The position numbers were made by a program, and so were the translations under genes. Below, in pieces: positions 27,901 to 43,300 of a stretch of 64,000 nucleotides of DNA. Below the pieces are notes generated by a model. That model was not told the origin of the DNA and ran no database searches. It was given only the letters and a program-made list of their open reading frames with translations. The stretch comes from Eledone cirrhosa (Eukaryota). The stretch covers positions 2,790,001 to 2,854,000 of the forward strand of contig OZ024745.1 of the NCBI GenBank assembly GCA_964016885.1, written 5' to 3'. Every line of letters begins with the position of its first letter. Position 1 is the stretch's first letter.

Positions 27901-30900
27901 TAACAGTGTTGGTGGTTGTATGGTAGAACCAGTTATATAATTATATAACAGTGTTGGTGGTTGTATTGTAGAACGAGTTATATAATTATATAACAGTGTT
28001 GGTGGTTGTATGGTAGAACGAGTTATACAATTATATAACAGTGTTGGTGGTTGTATGGTAGAACCAGTTATATAATTATATAACAGTGTTGGTGGTTGTA
28101 TGGTAGAACGAGTTATATAATTATATAACAGTGTTGGTGGTTGTATGGTAGAACGAGTTATATAATTATATAACAGTGTTGGTGGTTGTATGGTAGAACA
28201 AGTTATATAATTATATAACAGTGTTGGTGGTTGTATGGTAGAACGAGTTATATAATTATATAACAGTATTGGTGGTTGTATGGTAGAACGAGTTATATAA
28301 TTATATAACAGTTTTGGTGGTTGTATGGTAGAACCAGTTATATAATTATATAACAGTGTTGGTGGTTGTATGGTAGAACCACTGGTTATATAATTATATA
28401 ACAGTGTTGGCGGTTGTATGGTAGAACCAGTTATATAATTATATAACAGTGTTGGTGGTTGTATGGTAGAACGATTTATATAATTATATAACAGTGTTGG
28501 TGGTTGTATGGTAGAACGAGTTATATAATTATATAACAGTGTTGGTGGTTGTATGGTAGAACCACTTATATAATTATATAACAGTGTTGGTGGTTGTATG
28601 GTAGAACCAGTTATATTATTATATAACAGTGTTGGTGGTTGTATGGTAGAACGAGTTATATAATTATATAACAGTGTTGGTGGTTGTATGGTAGAACCAG
28701 TTATATAATTATATAACAGTGTTGGTGGTTGTATGGTAGAACCACTGGTTATATAATTATATAACAGTGTTGGCGGTTGTATGGTAGAACCAGCTATATA
28801 ATTATATAACAGTTGGTGGTAGTTGTATGGTAGAACCAGTGATATAATTATATAACAGTGTTGGTGGTTGTATGGTAGAACCAGTTATATAATTATATAA
28901 CAGTGTTGGTGGTTGTATGGTAGAACCAGTTATATAATTATATAACAGTGATGGTGGTTGTATTGTAGAACCAGTTATATAATTATATAACAGTGTTGGT
29001 GGTTGTATGGTAGAACGAGTTATATAATTATATAACAGTGTTGGTGGTTGTATGGTAGAACCAGTGATATAATTATATAACAGTGTTGGTGGTTGTATGG
29101 TAGAACCAGTTATATAATTATATAACAGTGTTGGTGGTTGTATGGTAGAACCAGTGATATAATTATATAACAGTGTTGGTGGTGGTATGGTAGAACCAGT
29201 TATATAATTATATAACAGTGTTGGTGGTGGTATGGTAGAACCAGTTATATAATTATATAACAGTGTTGGTGGTTGTATGGTAGAACCAGTTATATAATTA
29301 TATAACAGTGTTGGTGGTTGTATGGTAGAACCACTGGTTATATAATTATATAACAGTGTTGGTGGTTGTATGGTAGAACCAGTTATATAATTATATAACA
29401 GTTGGTGGTTGTATGGTAGAACCAGTTATATAATTATATAACAGTGTTGGTGGTTGTATGGTAGAACGAGTTATATAATTATATAACAGTGTTTGTGGTT
29501 GTATGGTAGAACCAGTTATATAATTATATAACAGTGTTGGTGGTGGTATGGTAGAACCAGTTATATAATTATATAACAGTGTTGGTGGTTGTATGGTAGA
29601 ACCACTGGTTATATAATTATATAACAGTGTTGGTGGTTGTATGGTAGAACCATTTATATAATTATATAACAGTGTTGGTGGTTGTATGGTAGAACCAGTG
29701 ATATAATTATATAACAGTGTTGGTGGTGGTATGGTAGAACCAGTTATATAATTATATAACAGTGTTGGTGGTGGTATGGTAGAACCAATTATATAATTAT
29801 ATAACAGTGTTGGTGGTTGTATGGTAGAACCAGTGATATAATTATATAACAGTGTTGGTGGTGGTATGGTAGATCCAGTTATATAATTATATAACAGTGT
29901 TGGTGGTTGTATGGTAGAACCAGTTATATAATTATATAACAGTGTTGGTGGTTGTATGGTAGAACCAGTGATATAATTATATAACAGTGTTGGTGGTTGT
30001 ATGGTAGAACCAGTTATATAATTATATAACAGTGTTGGTGGTTGTATGGTAGAACCAGTGATATAATTATATAACAGTGTTGGTGGTGGTATGGTAGAAC
30101 CAGTTATATAATTATATAACAGTGTTGGTGGTGGTATGGTAGAACCAGTTATATAATTATATAACAGTGTTGGTGGTTGTATGGTAGAACCAGTTATATA
30201 ATTATATAACAGTTGGTGGTTGTATGGTAGAACCAGTTATATAATTATATAACAGTGTTGGTGGTTATATGGTAGAACGAGTTATATAATTATATAACAG
30301 TGTTGGTGGTTGTATGGTAGAACGAGTTATATAATTATATAACAGTGTTGGTGGTTGTATGGTAGAACCAGTTATATAATTATATAACAGTGTTGTGGTT
30401 GTATGGTAGAACCAGTTATATAATTATATAACAGTGTTGGCGGTTGTATGGTAGAACCAGTTATACAATTATATAACAGTGTTGGTGGTTGTATGGTAGA
30501 ACCAGTTATATAATTATATAACAGTGTTGGCGGTTGTATGGTAGAAGAAGTTATATAATTATATAACAGTGTTGGTGGTTGTATGGTAGAACCAGTTATA
30601 TAATTATATAACAGTGTTGGTGGTTGTATGGTAGAACCAGTTATATAATTATATAACAGTGTTGGCGGTTGTATGGTGGAACCAGTTATATAATTATATA
30701 ACAGTGTTGGTGGTTGTATGGTAGAACCAGTTATATAATTATATAACAGTATTGGCGGTTGTATGGTAGAACCAGTTATATAATTATATAACAGTGTTGG
30801 TGGTTGTATGGTAGAACGAGTTATATAATTATATAACAGTGTTGGTGGTTGTATGGTAGAACGAGTTATATAATTATATAACACTGTTGGTGGTTGTATG

Positions 30901-31070
30901 GTAGAACCAGTTATATAATTATATAACAGTGTTGGTGGTTGTATGGTAGAACCAGTTATATAATTATATAACAGTGTTGGTGGTTGTATGGTAGAACCAG
31001 TTATATAATTATATAACAGTGTTGGTGGTTGTATGGTAGAACGAGTTATATAATTATATAACAGTGTTGG
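24950..31070 (+). repeat. Higher-order tandem duplication, period 3,203 bp (71 monomers)
   Basis: CAGTATT at 25061/28264, CAGCT at 25588/28791 and identical ORFs at 27169/30372 all have offset 3,203. The private AGATCC and GGTTATATGG variants occur in both copies. Confidence 0.9.
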
Positions 31071-31099
31071 TGGTTGTATGGTAGAACCAGTTATATAAT

Positions 31100-34000
31100 T
31101 ATATAACAGTGTTGGTGGTTGTAGGGTAGAACCACTGGTTATATAATTATATAACAGTGTTGGCGGTTGTATGGTAGAACCAGTTATATAATTATATAAC
31201 AGTGTTGGTGGTTGTATGGTAGAACGAGTTATATAATTATATAACAGTGTTGGTGGTTGTATGGTAGAACGAGTTATATAATTATATAACAGTGTTGGTG
31301 GTTGTATGGTAGAACCAGTTATATAATTATATAACAGTGTTGGTGGTTGTATTGTAGAACGAGTTATATAATTATATAACAGTGTTGGTGGTTGTATGGT
31401 AGAACGAGTTATACAATTATATAACAGTGTTGGTGGTTGTATGGTAGAACCAGTTATATAATTATATAACAGTGTTGGTGGTTGTATGGTAGAACGAGTT
31501 ATATAATTATATAACAGTGTTGGTGGTTGTATGGTAGAACGAGTTATATAATTATATAACAGTGTTGGTGGTTGTATGGTAGAACAAGTTATATAATTAT
31601 ATAACAGTGTTGGTGGTTGTATGGTAGAACCAGTTATATAATTATATAACAGTGTTGGTGGTTGTATGGTAGAACCAGTTATATAATTATATAACAGTGT
31701 TGGCGGTTGTATGGTAGAACCAGTTATACAATTATATAACAGTGTTGGTGGTTGTATGGTAGAACCAGTTATATAATTATATAACAGTGTTGGCGGTTGT
31801 ATGGTAGAACAAGTTATATAATTATATAACAGTGTTGCTGGTTGTATGGTAGAACCAGTTATATAATTATATAACAGTGTTGGTGGTTGTATGGTAGAAC
31901 CAGTTATATAATTATATAACAGTGTGGGCGGTTGTATGGTGGAACCAGTTATATAATTATATAACAGTGTTGGTGGTTGTATGGTAGAACCAGTTATATA
32001 ATTATATAACAGTATTGGCGGTTGTATGGTAGAACCAGTTATATAATTATATAACAGTGTTGGTGGTTGTATGGTAGAACCACTGGTTATATAATTATAT
32101 AACAGTGTTGGCGGTTGTATGGTAGAACCAGCTATATAATTATATAACAGTTGGTGGTAGTTGTATGGTAGAACCAGTGATATAATTATATAACAGTGTT
32201 GGTGGTTGTATGGTAGAACCAGTTATATAATTATATAACAGTGTTGGTGGTTGTATGGTAGAACCAGTTATATAATTATATAACAGTGATGGTGGTTGTA
32301 TTGTAGAACCAGTTATATAATTATATAACAGTGTTGGTGGTTGTATGGTAGAACGAGTTATATAATTATATAACAGTGTTTGTGGTTGTATGGTAGAACC
32401 AGTGATATAATTATATAACAGTGTTGGTGGTTGTATGGTAGAACCAGTTATATAATTATATAACAGTGTTGGTGGTTGTATGGTAGAACCAGTGATATAA
32501 TTATAAAACAGTGTTGGTGGTGGTATGGTAGAACCAGTTATATAATTATATAACAGTGTTGGTGGTGGTATGGTAGAACCAGTTATATAATTATATAACA
32601 GTGTTGGTGGTTGTATGGTAGAACCAGTTATATAATTATATAACAGTGTTGGTGGTTGTATGGTAGAACCACTGGTTATATAATTATATAACAGTGTTGG
32701 TGGTTGTATGGTAGAACCAGTTATATAATTATATAACAGTTGGTGGTTGTATGGTAGAACCAGTTATATAATTATATAACAGTGTTGATGGTTGTATGGT
32801 AGAACGAGTTATATAATTATATAACAGTGTTTGTGGTTGTATGGTAGAACCAGTTATATAATTATATAACAGTGTTGGTGGTGGTATGGTAGAACCAGTT
32901 ATATAATTATATAACAGTGTTGGTGGTTGTATGGTAGAACCACTGGTTATATAATTATATAACAGTGTTGGTGGTTGTATGGTAGAACCATTTATATAAT
33001 TATATAACAGTGTTGGTGGTTGTATGGTAGAACCAGTGATATAATTATATAACAGTGTTGGTGGTGGTATGGTAGAACCAGTTATATAATTATATAACAG
33101 TGTTGGTGGTGGTATGGTAGAACCAGTTATATAATTATATAACAGTGTTGGTGGTTGTATGGTAGAACCAGTGATATAATTATATAACAGTGTTGGTGGT
33201 GGTATGGTAGAACCAGTTATATAATTATATAACAGTGTTGGTGGTTGTATGGTAGAACCAGTTATATAATTATATAACAGTGTTGGTGGTTGTATGGTAG
33301 AACCAGTTATATAATTATATAACAGTGTTGGTGGTTGTATGGTAGAACGAGTTATATAATTATATAACACTGTTGGTGGTTGTATGGTAGAACCAGTTAT
33401 ATAATTATATAACAGTGTTGGTGGTTGTATGGTAGAACCAGTTATATAATTATATAACAGTGTTGGTGGTTGTATGGTAGAACCAGTTATATAATTATAT
33501 AACAGTGTTGGCGGTTGTATGGTAGAACCAGTTATATAATTATATAACAGTGTTGGTGGTTGTATGGTAGAACCAGTTATATAATTATATAACAGTGTTG
33601 GCGGTTGTATGGTAGAAGAAGTTATATAATTATATAACAGTGTTGGTGGTTGTATGGTAGAACCAGTTATATAATTATATAACAGTGTTGGTGGTTGTAT
33701 GGTAGAACCAGTTATATAATTATATAACAGTGTTGGCGGTTGTATGGTGGAACCAGTTATATAATTATATAACAGTGTTGGTGGTTGTATGGTAGAACCA
33801 GTTATATAATTATATAACAGTATTGGCGGTTGTATGGTAGAACCAGTTATATAATTATATAACAGTGTTGGTGGTTGTATGGTAGAACCAGTTATATAAT
33901 TATATAACAGTGTTGGTGGTTGTATGGTAGAACGAGTTATATAATTATATAACACTGTTGGTGGTTGTATGGTAGAACCAGTTATATAATTATATAACAG

Positions 34001-37000
34001 TGTTGGTGGTTGTATGGTAGAACCAGTTATATAATTATATAACAGTGTTGGTGGTTGTATGGTAGAACCAGTTATATAATTATATAACAGTGTTGGTGGT
34101 TGTATGGTAGAACGAGTTATATAATTATATAACAGTGTTGGTGGTTGTATGGTAGAACCAGTTATATAATTATATAACAGTGTTGGTGGTTGTATGGTAG
34201 AACCACTGGTTATATAATTATATAACAGTGTTGGCGGTTGTATGGTAGAACCAGTTATATAATTATATAACAGTGTTGGTGGTTGTATGGTAGAACGAGT
34301 TATATAATTATATAACAGTGTTGGTGGTTGTATGGTAGAACGAGTTATATAATTATATAACAGTGTTGGTGGTTGTATGGTAGAACCAGTTATATAATTA
34401 TATAACAGTGTTGGTGGTTGTATTGTAGAACGAGTTATATAATTATATAACAGTGTTGGTGGTTGTATGGTAGAACGAGTTATACAATTATATAACAGTG
34501 TTGGTGGTTGTATGGTAGAACCAGTTATATAATTATATAACAGTGTTGGTGGTTGTATGGTAGAACGAGTTATATAATTATATAACAGTGTTGGTGGTTG
34601 TATGGTAGACCGAGTTATATAATTATATAACAGTGTTGGTGGTTGTATGGTAGAACCAGTTATATAATTATATAACAGTGTTGGTGGTTGTATGGTAGAA
34701 CCAGTTATATAATTATATAACAGTGTTGGTGGTTGTATGGTAGAACCAGTTATATAATTATATAACAGTGTTGGCGGTTGTATGGTAGAACCAGTTATAC
34801 AATTATATAACAGTGTTGGTGGTTGTATGGTAGAACCAGTTATATAATTATATAAAAGTGTTGGCGGTTGTATGGTAGAACAAGTTATATAATTATATAA
34901 CAGTGTTGCTGGTTGTATGGTAGAACCAGTTATATAATTATATAACAGTGTTGGTGGTTGTATGGTAGAACCAGTTATATAATTATATAACAGTGTGGGC
35001 GGTTGTATGGTGGAACCAGTTATATAATTATATAACAGTGTTGGTGGTTGTATGGTAGAACCAGTTATATAATTATATAACAGTATTGGCGGTTGTATGG
35101 TAGAACCAGTTATATAATTATATAACAGTGTTGGTGGTTGTATGGTAGAACCACTGGTTATATAATTATATAACAGTGTTGGCGGTTGTATGGTAGAACC
35201 AGCTATATAATTATATAACAGTTGGTGGTAGTTGTATGGTAGAACCAGTGATATAATTATATAACAGTGTTGGTGGTTGTATGGTAGAACCAGTTATATA
35301 ATTATATAACAGTGTTGGTGGTTGTATGGTAGAACCAGTTATATAATTATATAACAGTGATGGTGGTTGTATTGTAGAACCAGTTATATAATTATATAAC
35401 AGTGTTGGTGGTTGTATGGTAGAACGAGTTATATAATTATATAAAAGTGTTGGTGGTTGTATGGTAGAACCAGTGATATAATTATATAACAGTGTTGGTG
35501 GTTGTATGGTAGAACGAGTTATATAATTATATAACAGTGTTGGTGGTTGTATGGTAGAACCAGTGATATAATTATATAACAGTGTTGGTGGTGGTATGGT
35601 AGAACCAGTTATATAATTATATAACAGTGTTGGTGGTGGTATGGTAGAACCAGTTATATAATTATATAACAGTGTTGGTGGTTGTATGGTAGAACCAGTT
35701 ATATAATTATATAACAGTGTTGGTGGTTGTATGGTAGAACCACTGGTTATATAATTATATAACAGTGTTGGTGGTTGTATGGTAGAACCAGTTATATAAT
35801 TATATAACAGTTGGTGGTTGTATGGTAGAACCAGTTATATAATTATATAACAGTGTTGATGGTTGTATGGTAGAACGAGTTATATAATTATATAACAGTG
35901 TTTGTGGTTGTATGGTAGAACCAGTTATATAATTATATAACAGTGTTGGTGGTGGTATGGTAGAACCAGTTATATAATTATATAACAGTGTTGGTGGTTG
36001 TATGGTAGAACCACTGGTTATATAATTATATAACAGTGTTGGTGGTTGTATGGTAGAACCATTTATATAATTATATAACAGTGTTGGTGGTTGTATGGTA
36101 GAACCAGTGATATAATTATATAACAGTGTTGGTGGTGGTATGGTAGAACCAGTTATATAATTATATAACAGTGTTGGTGGTGGTATGGTAGAACCAGTTA
36201 TATAATTATATAACAGTGTTGGTGGTTGTATGGTAGAACCAGTGATATAATTATATAACAGTGTTGGTGGTGGTATGGTAGAACCAGTTATATAATTATA
36301 TAACAGTGTTGGTGGTTGTATGGTAGAACCAGTTATATAATTATATAACAGTGTTGGTGGTTGTATGGTAGAACCAGTTATATAATTATATAACAGTGTT
36401 GGTGGTTGTATGGTAGAACCAGTTATATAATTATATAACAGTGTTGGCGGTTGTATGGTAGAACCAGTTATATAATTATATAACAGTGTTGGTGGTTGTA
36501 TGGTAGAACCAGTTATATAATTATATAACAGTGTTGGCGGTTGTATGGTAGAACAAGTTATATAATTATATAACAGTGTTGGTGGTTGTATGGTAGAACC
36601 AGTTATATAATTATATAACAGTGTTGGTGGTTGTATGGTAGAACCAGTTATATAATTATATAACAGTGTGGGCGGTTGTATGGTGGAACCAGTTATATAA
36701 TTATATAACAGTGTTGGTGGTTGTATGGTAGAACCAGTTATATAATTATATAACAGTATTGGCGGTTGTATGGTAGAACCAGTTATATAATTATATAACA
36801 GTGTTGGCGGTTGTATGGTAGAACCAGTTATATAATTATATAACAGTGTTGGTGGTTGTATGGTAGAACGAGTTATATAATTATATAACACTGTTGGTGG
36901 TTGTATGGTAGAACCAGTTATATAATTATATAACAGTGTTGGTGGTTGTATGGTAGAACCAGTTATATAATTATATAACAGTGTTGGTGGTTGTATGGTA

Positions 37001-37300
37001 GAACCAGTGATATAATTATATAACAGTGTTGGTGGTTGTATGGTAGAACGAGTTATATAATTATATAACAGTGTTGGTGGTTGTATGGTAGAACCAGTTA
37101 TATAATTATATAACAGTGTTGGTGGTTGTATGGTAGAACCACTGGTTATATAATTATATAACAGTGTTGGCGGTTGTATGGTAGAACCAGTTATATAATT
37201 ATATAACAGTGTTGGTGGTTGTATGGTAGAACGAGTTATATAATTATATAACAGTGTTGGTGGTTGTATGGTAGAACGAGTTATATAATTATATAACAGT
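31100..37300 (+). repeat. Higher-order duplication, period 3,071 bp in its left part, with internal monomer-number differences further right
   Basis: ATTGTAGAACGAG at 31351/34422, CAGCT at 32129/35200 and ORF ends at 32729/35800 all have offset 3,071. The ORF starts at 33955/36891 are offset by 2,936 (3 monomers fewer). Confidence 0.82.
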
Positions 37301-40300
37301 GTTGGTGGTTGTATGGTAGAACCACTGGTTATATAATTATATAACAGTGTTGGCGGTTGTATGGTAGAATCAGTTATATAATTATATAACAGTGTTGGTG
37401 GTTGTATGGTAGAACGAGTTATATAATTATATAACAGTGTTGGTGGTGGTATGGTAGAACCAGTTATATAATTATATAACAGTGTTGGTGGTGGTATGGT
37501 AGAACCAGTTATATAATTATATAACAGTGTTGGTGGTTGTATGGTAGAACCAGTGATATAATTATATAACAGTGTTGGTGGTGGTATGGTAGAGCCAGTT
37601 ATATAATTATATAACAGTGTTGGTGGTGGTATGGTAGAACCAGTTATATAATTATATAACAGTGTTGGTGGTTGTATGGTAGAACCAGTGATATAATTAT
37701 ATAACAGTGTTGGTGGTTGAATGGTAGAACCAGTTATATAATTATATAACAGTGTTGGTGGTTGTATGGTAGAACCAGTTATATAATTATATAACAGTTT
37801 TGGTGGTTGTATGGTAGAACCAGTTATATAATTATATAACAGTGTTGGCGGTTGTATGGTAGAACCAGTTATATAATTATATAACAGTGTTGGCGGTTGT
37901 ATGGTAGAACCAGTTATATAATTACATAACAGTGTTGGTGGTTGTATGGTAGAACCAGTTATATAATTATATAACAGTGTTGGCGGTTGTATGGTAGAAC
38001 CACTTATATAATTATATAACAGTGTTGGTGGTTGTATGGTAGAACCAGTTATATAATTATATAACAGTGTTGGCGGTTGTATGGTAGAACCAATTATATA
38101 ATTATATAACAGTGTTGGTGGTTGTATGGTAGAACCAGTTATATAATTATATAACAGTGTTGGTGGTTGTATGGTAGAACGAGTTATATAATTATATAAC
38201 AGTGTTGGTGGTTGTATGGTAGAACCAGTTATATAATTATATAACAGTGTTGGTGGTTGTATGGTAGAACCAGTGATATAATTATATAACAGTGTTGGTG
38301 GTTGTATGGTAGAACCAGTTATATAATTATATAACAGTTGGTGGTTGTATGGTAGAACCAGTGATATAATTATATAACAGTGTTGGTGGTTGTATGGTAG
38401 AACCAGTTATATAATTATATAACAGTGTTGGTGGTTGTATGGTAGAACCAGTTATATAATTATATAACAGTTGGTGGTTGTATGGTAGAACCAGTGATAT
38501 AATTATATAACAGTGTTGGTGGGTGTATGGTAGAACCCGTGATATAATTATATAACAGTGTTGGCGGTTGTATGGTAGAACCAGTTATATAATTATATAA
38601 CAGTGTTGGTGGTTGTATGGTAGAACCAGTTATATAATTATATAACAGTTGGTGGTCGTATGGTAGAACCAGTTATATAATTATATAACAGTGTTGGTGG
38701 TTGTATGGTAGAACCAGTTATATAATTATATAACAGTGTTGGTGGTGGTATGGTAGAACCAGTTATATAATTATATAACAGTGTTGGTGGTTGTATGGTA
38801 GAACCAGTGATATAATTATATAACAGTGTTGGTGGTGGTATGGTAGAACCAGTTATATAATTATATAACAGTGTTGGTGGTTGTATGGTAGAACCAGTTA
38901 TATAATTATATAACAGTGTTGGTGGTTGTATGGTAGAACCACTGGTTATATAATTATATAACAGTGTTGGTGGTTGTATGTTAGAACCAGTTATATAATT
39001 ATATAACAGTTGGTGGTTGTATGGTAGAACCAGTTATATAATTATATAACAGTGTTGGTGGTTTTATGGTAGAACGAGTTATATAATTATATAACAGTGT
39101 TGGTGGTTGTATGGTAGAACGAGTTATATAATTATATAACAGTGTTGGTGGTTGTATGGTAGAACCAGTTATATAATTATATAACAGTGTTGGTGGTTGT
39201 ATGGTACAACCAGTTATATAAATATATAACAGTGTTGGCGGTTGTATGGTAGAACCAATTATATAATTATATAACAGTGTTGGTGGTTGTATGGTAGAAC
39301 CAGTTATATAATTATATAACAGTGTTGGTGGTTGTATGGTAGAACGAGTGATATAATTATATAACAGTGTTGGTGGTTGTATGGTAGAACGTGTTATATA
39401 ATTATATAACAGTGTTGGTGGTTGTATGGCAGAACCAGTTATATAATTATATAACAGTGTTGGTGGTTGTATGGTAGAACCAGTTATATAATTATATAAC
39501 AGTGTTGGCGGTTGTATGGTAGAACCAGTTATATAATTATATAACAGTGTTGGTGGTTGTATGGTAGAACCAGTTATATAATTATATAACAGTGTTGGCG
39601 GTTGTATGGTAGAACCAGTTATATAATTATATAACAGTGTTGGTGGTTGTATGGTAGAACCAGTTATATAATTATATAACAGTGTTGGTGGTTGTATGTT
39701 AGAACGAGTTATATAATTATATAACAGTGTTGGTGGTTGTATGGTAGAACCAGTTATATAATTATATAACAGTGTTGGTGGTTGTATGGTAGAACCAGTT
39801 ATATAATTATATAACAGTGTTGGTGGTTGTATGGTAGAACGAGTTATATAATTATATAACAGTATTGGTGGTTGTATGGTAGAACGAGTTATATAATTAT
39901 ATAACAGTGTTGGTGGTTGTATGGTAGAACCAGTTATATAATTATATAACAGTGTTGGTGGTTGTATGGTAGAACCCCTGGTTATATAATTATATAACAG
40001 TGTTGGCGGTTGTATGGTAGAACCAGTTATATAATTATATAACAGTGTTGGTGGTTGTATGGTAGAACGAGTTATATAATTATATAACAGTGTTGGTGGT
40101 TGTATGGTAGAACGAGTTATATAATTATATAACAGTGTTGGTGGTTGTATGGTAGAACCAGTTATATAATTATATAACAGTGTTGGTGGTTGTATGGTAG
40201 AACCAGTTATATTATTATATAACAGTGTTGGTGGTTGTATGGTAGAACGAGTTATATAATTATATAACAGTGTTGGTGGTTGTATGGTAGAACCAGTTAT

Positions 40301-43300
40301 ATAATTATATAACAGTGTTGGTGGTTGTATGGTAGAACCACTGGTTATATAATTATATAACAGTGTTGGCGGTTGTATGGTAGAACCAGCTATATAATTA
40401 TATAACAGTTGGTGGTAGTTGTATGGTAGAACCAGTGATATAATTATATAACAGTGTTGGTGGTTGTATGGTAGAACCAGTTATATAATTATATAACAGT
40501 GTTGGTGGTTGTATGGTAGAACCAGTTATATAATTATATAACAGTGATGGTGGTTGTATTGTAGAACCAGTTATATAATTATATAACAGTGTTGGTGGTA
40601 GTATGGTAGAACGAGTTATATAATTATATAACAGTGTTGGTGGTTGTATGGTAGAACCAGTGATATAATTATATAACAGTGTTGGTGGTTGTATGGTAGA
40701 ACCAGTTATATAATTATATAACAGTGTTGGTGGTTGTATGGTAGAACCAGTGATATAATTATATAACAGTGTTGGTGGTGGTATGGTAGAACCAGTTATA
40801 TAATTATATAACAGTGTTGGTGGTGGTATGGTAGAACCAGTTATATAATTATATAACAGTGTTGGTGGTTGTATGGTAGAACCAGTTATATAATTATATA
40901 ACAGTGTTGGTGGTTGTATGGTAGAACCACTGGTTATATAATTATATAACAGTGTTGGTGGTTGTATGGTAGAACCAGTTATATAATTATATAACAGTTG
41001 GTGGTTGTATGGTAGAACCAGTTATATAATTATATAACAGTGTTGGTGGTTGTATGGTAGAACGAGTTATATAATTATATAACAGTGTTGGTGGTTGTAT
41101 GGTAGAACCAGTTATATAATTATATAACAGTGTTGGTGGTGGTATGGTAGAACCAGTTATATAATTATATAACAGTGTTGGTGGTTGTATGGTAGAACCA
41201 CTGGTTATATAATTATATAACAGTGTTGGTGGTTGTATGGTAGAACCATTTATATAATTATATAACAGTGTTGGTGGTTGTATGGTAGAACCAGTGATAT
41301 AATTATATAACAGTGTTGGTGGTGGTATGGTAGAACCAGTTATATAATTATATAACAGTGTTGGTGGTGGTATGGTAGAACCAGTTATATAATTATATAA
41401 CAGTGTTGGTGGTTGTATGGTAGAACCAGTGATATAATTATATAACAGTGTTGGTGGTGGTATGGTAGAACCAGTTATATAATTATATAACAGTGTTGGT
41501 GGTTGTATGGTAGAACCAGTTATATAATTATATAACAGTGTTGGTGGTTGTATGGTAGAACCACTGATTATATAATTATATAACAGTGTTGGTGGTAGTA
41601 TGGTAGAACGAGTTATATAATTATATAACAGTGTTGGTGGTTGTATGGTAGAACCAGTTATATAATTATATAACAGTGTTGGTGGTTGTATGGTAGAACG
41701 AGTTATATAATTATATAACATTGTTGGTGGTTGTATGGTAGAACGAGTTATATAATTATATAACAGTGTTGGTGGTTGTATGGTAGAACCAGTTATATAA
41801 TTATATAACAGTGTTGTGGTTGTATGGTAGAACCAGTTATATAATTATATAACAGTGTTGGCGGTTGTATGGTAGAACCAGTTATATAATTATATAACAG
41901 TGTTGGTGGTTGTATGGTAGAACCAGTTATATAATTATATAACAGTGTTGGCGGTTGTATGGTAGAACAAGTTATATAATTATATAACAGTGTTGGTGGT
42001 TGTATGGTAGAACCAGTTATATAATTATATAACAGTGTTGGTGGTTGTATGGTAGAACCAGTTATATAATTATATAACAGTGTTGGCGGTTGTATGGTGG
42101 AACCAGTTATATAATTATATAACAGTGTTGGTGGTTGTATGGTAGAACCAGTTATATAATTATATAACAGTATTGGCGGTTGTATGGTAGAACCAGTTAT
42201 ATAATTATATAACAGTGTTGGTGGTTGTATGGTAGAACCAGTTATATAATTATATAACAGTGTTGGTGGTTGTATGGTAGAACGAGTTATATAATTATAT
42301 AACACTGTTGGTGGTTGTATGGTAGAACCAGTTATATAATTATATAACAGTGTTAGTGGTTGTATGGTAGAACCAGTTATATAATTATATAACAGTGTTG
42401 GTGGTTGTATGGTAGAACGAGTTATATAATTATATAACAGTGTTGGTGGTTGTATGGTAGAACGAGTTATATAATTATATAACAGTGTTGGTGGTTGTAT
42501 GGTAGAACCAGTTATATAATTATATAACAGTGTTGGTGGTTGTATGGTAGAACCACTGGTTATATAATTATATAACAGTGTTGGCGGTTGTATGGTAGAA
42601 CCAGTTATATAATTATATAACAGTGTTGGTGGTTGTATGGTAGAACGAGTTATATAATTATATAACAGTGTTGGTGGTTGTATGGTAGAACGAGTTATAT
42701 AATTATATAACAGTGTTGGTGGTTGTATGGTAGAACCAGTTATATAATTATATAACAGTGTTGGTGGTTGTATGGTAGAACGAGTTATATAATTATATAA
42801 CAGTGTTGGTGGTTGTATGGTAGAACCAGTTATATAATTATATAACAGTGTTGGTGGTTGTATGGTAGAACCAGTTATATAATTATATAACAGTGTTGGC
42901 GGTTGTATGGTAGAACCAGTTATACAATTATATAACAGTGTTGGTGGTTGTATGGTAGAACCAGTTATATAATTATATAACAGTGTTGGCGGTTGTATGG
43001 TAGAACAAGTTATATAATTATATAACAGTGTTGCTGGTTGTATGGTAGAACCAGTTATATAATTATATAACAGTGTTGGTGGTTGTATGGTAGAACCAGT
43101 TATATAATTATATAACAGTGTGGGCGGTTGTATGGTGGAACCAGTTATATAATTATATAACAGTGTTGGTGGTTGTATGGTAGAACCAGTTATATAATTA
43201 TATAACAGTATTGGCGGTTGTATGGTAGAACCAGTTATATAATTATATAACAGTGTTGGTGGTTGTATGGTAGAACCACTGGTTATATAATTATATAACA

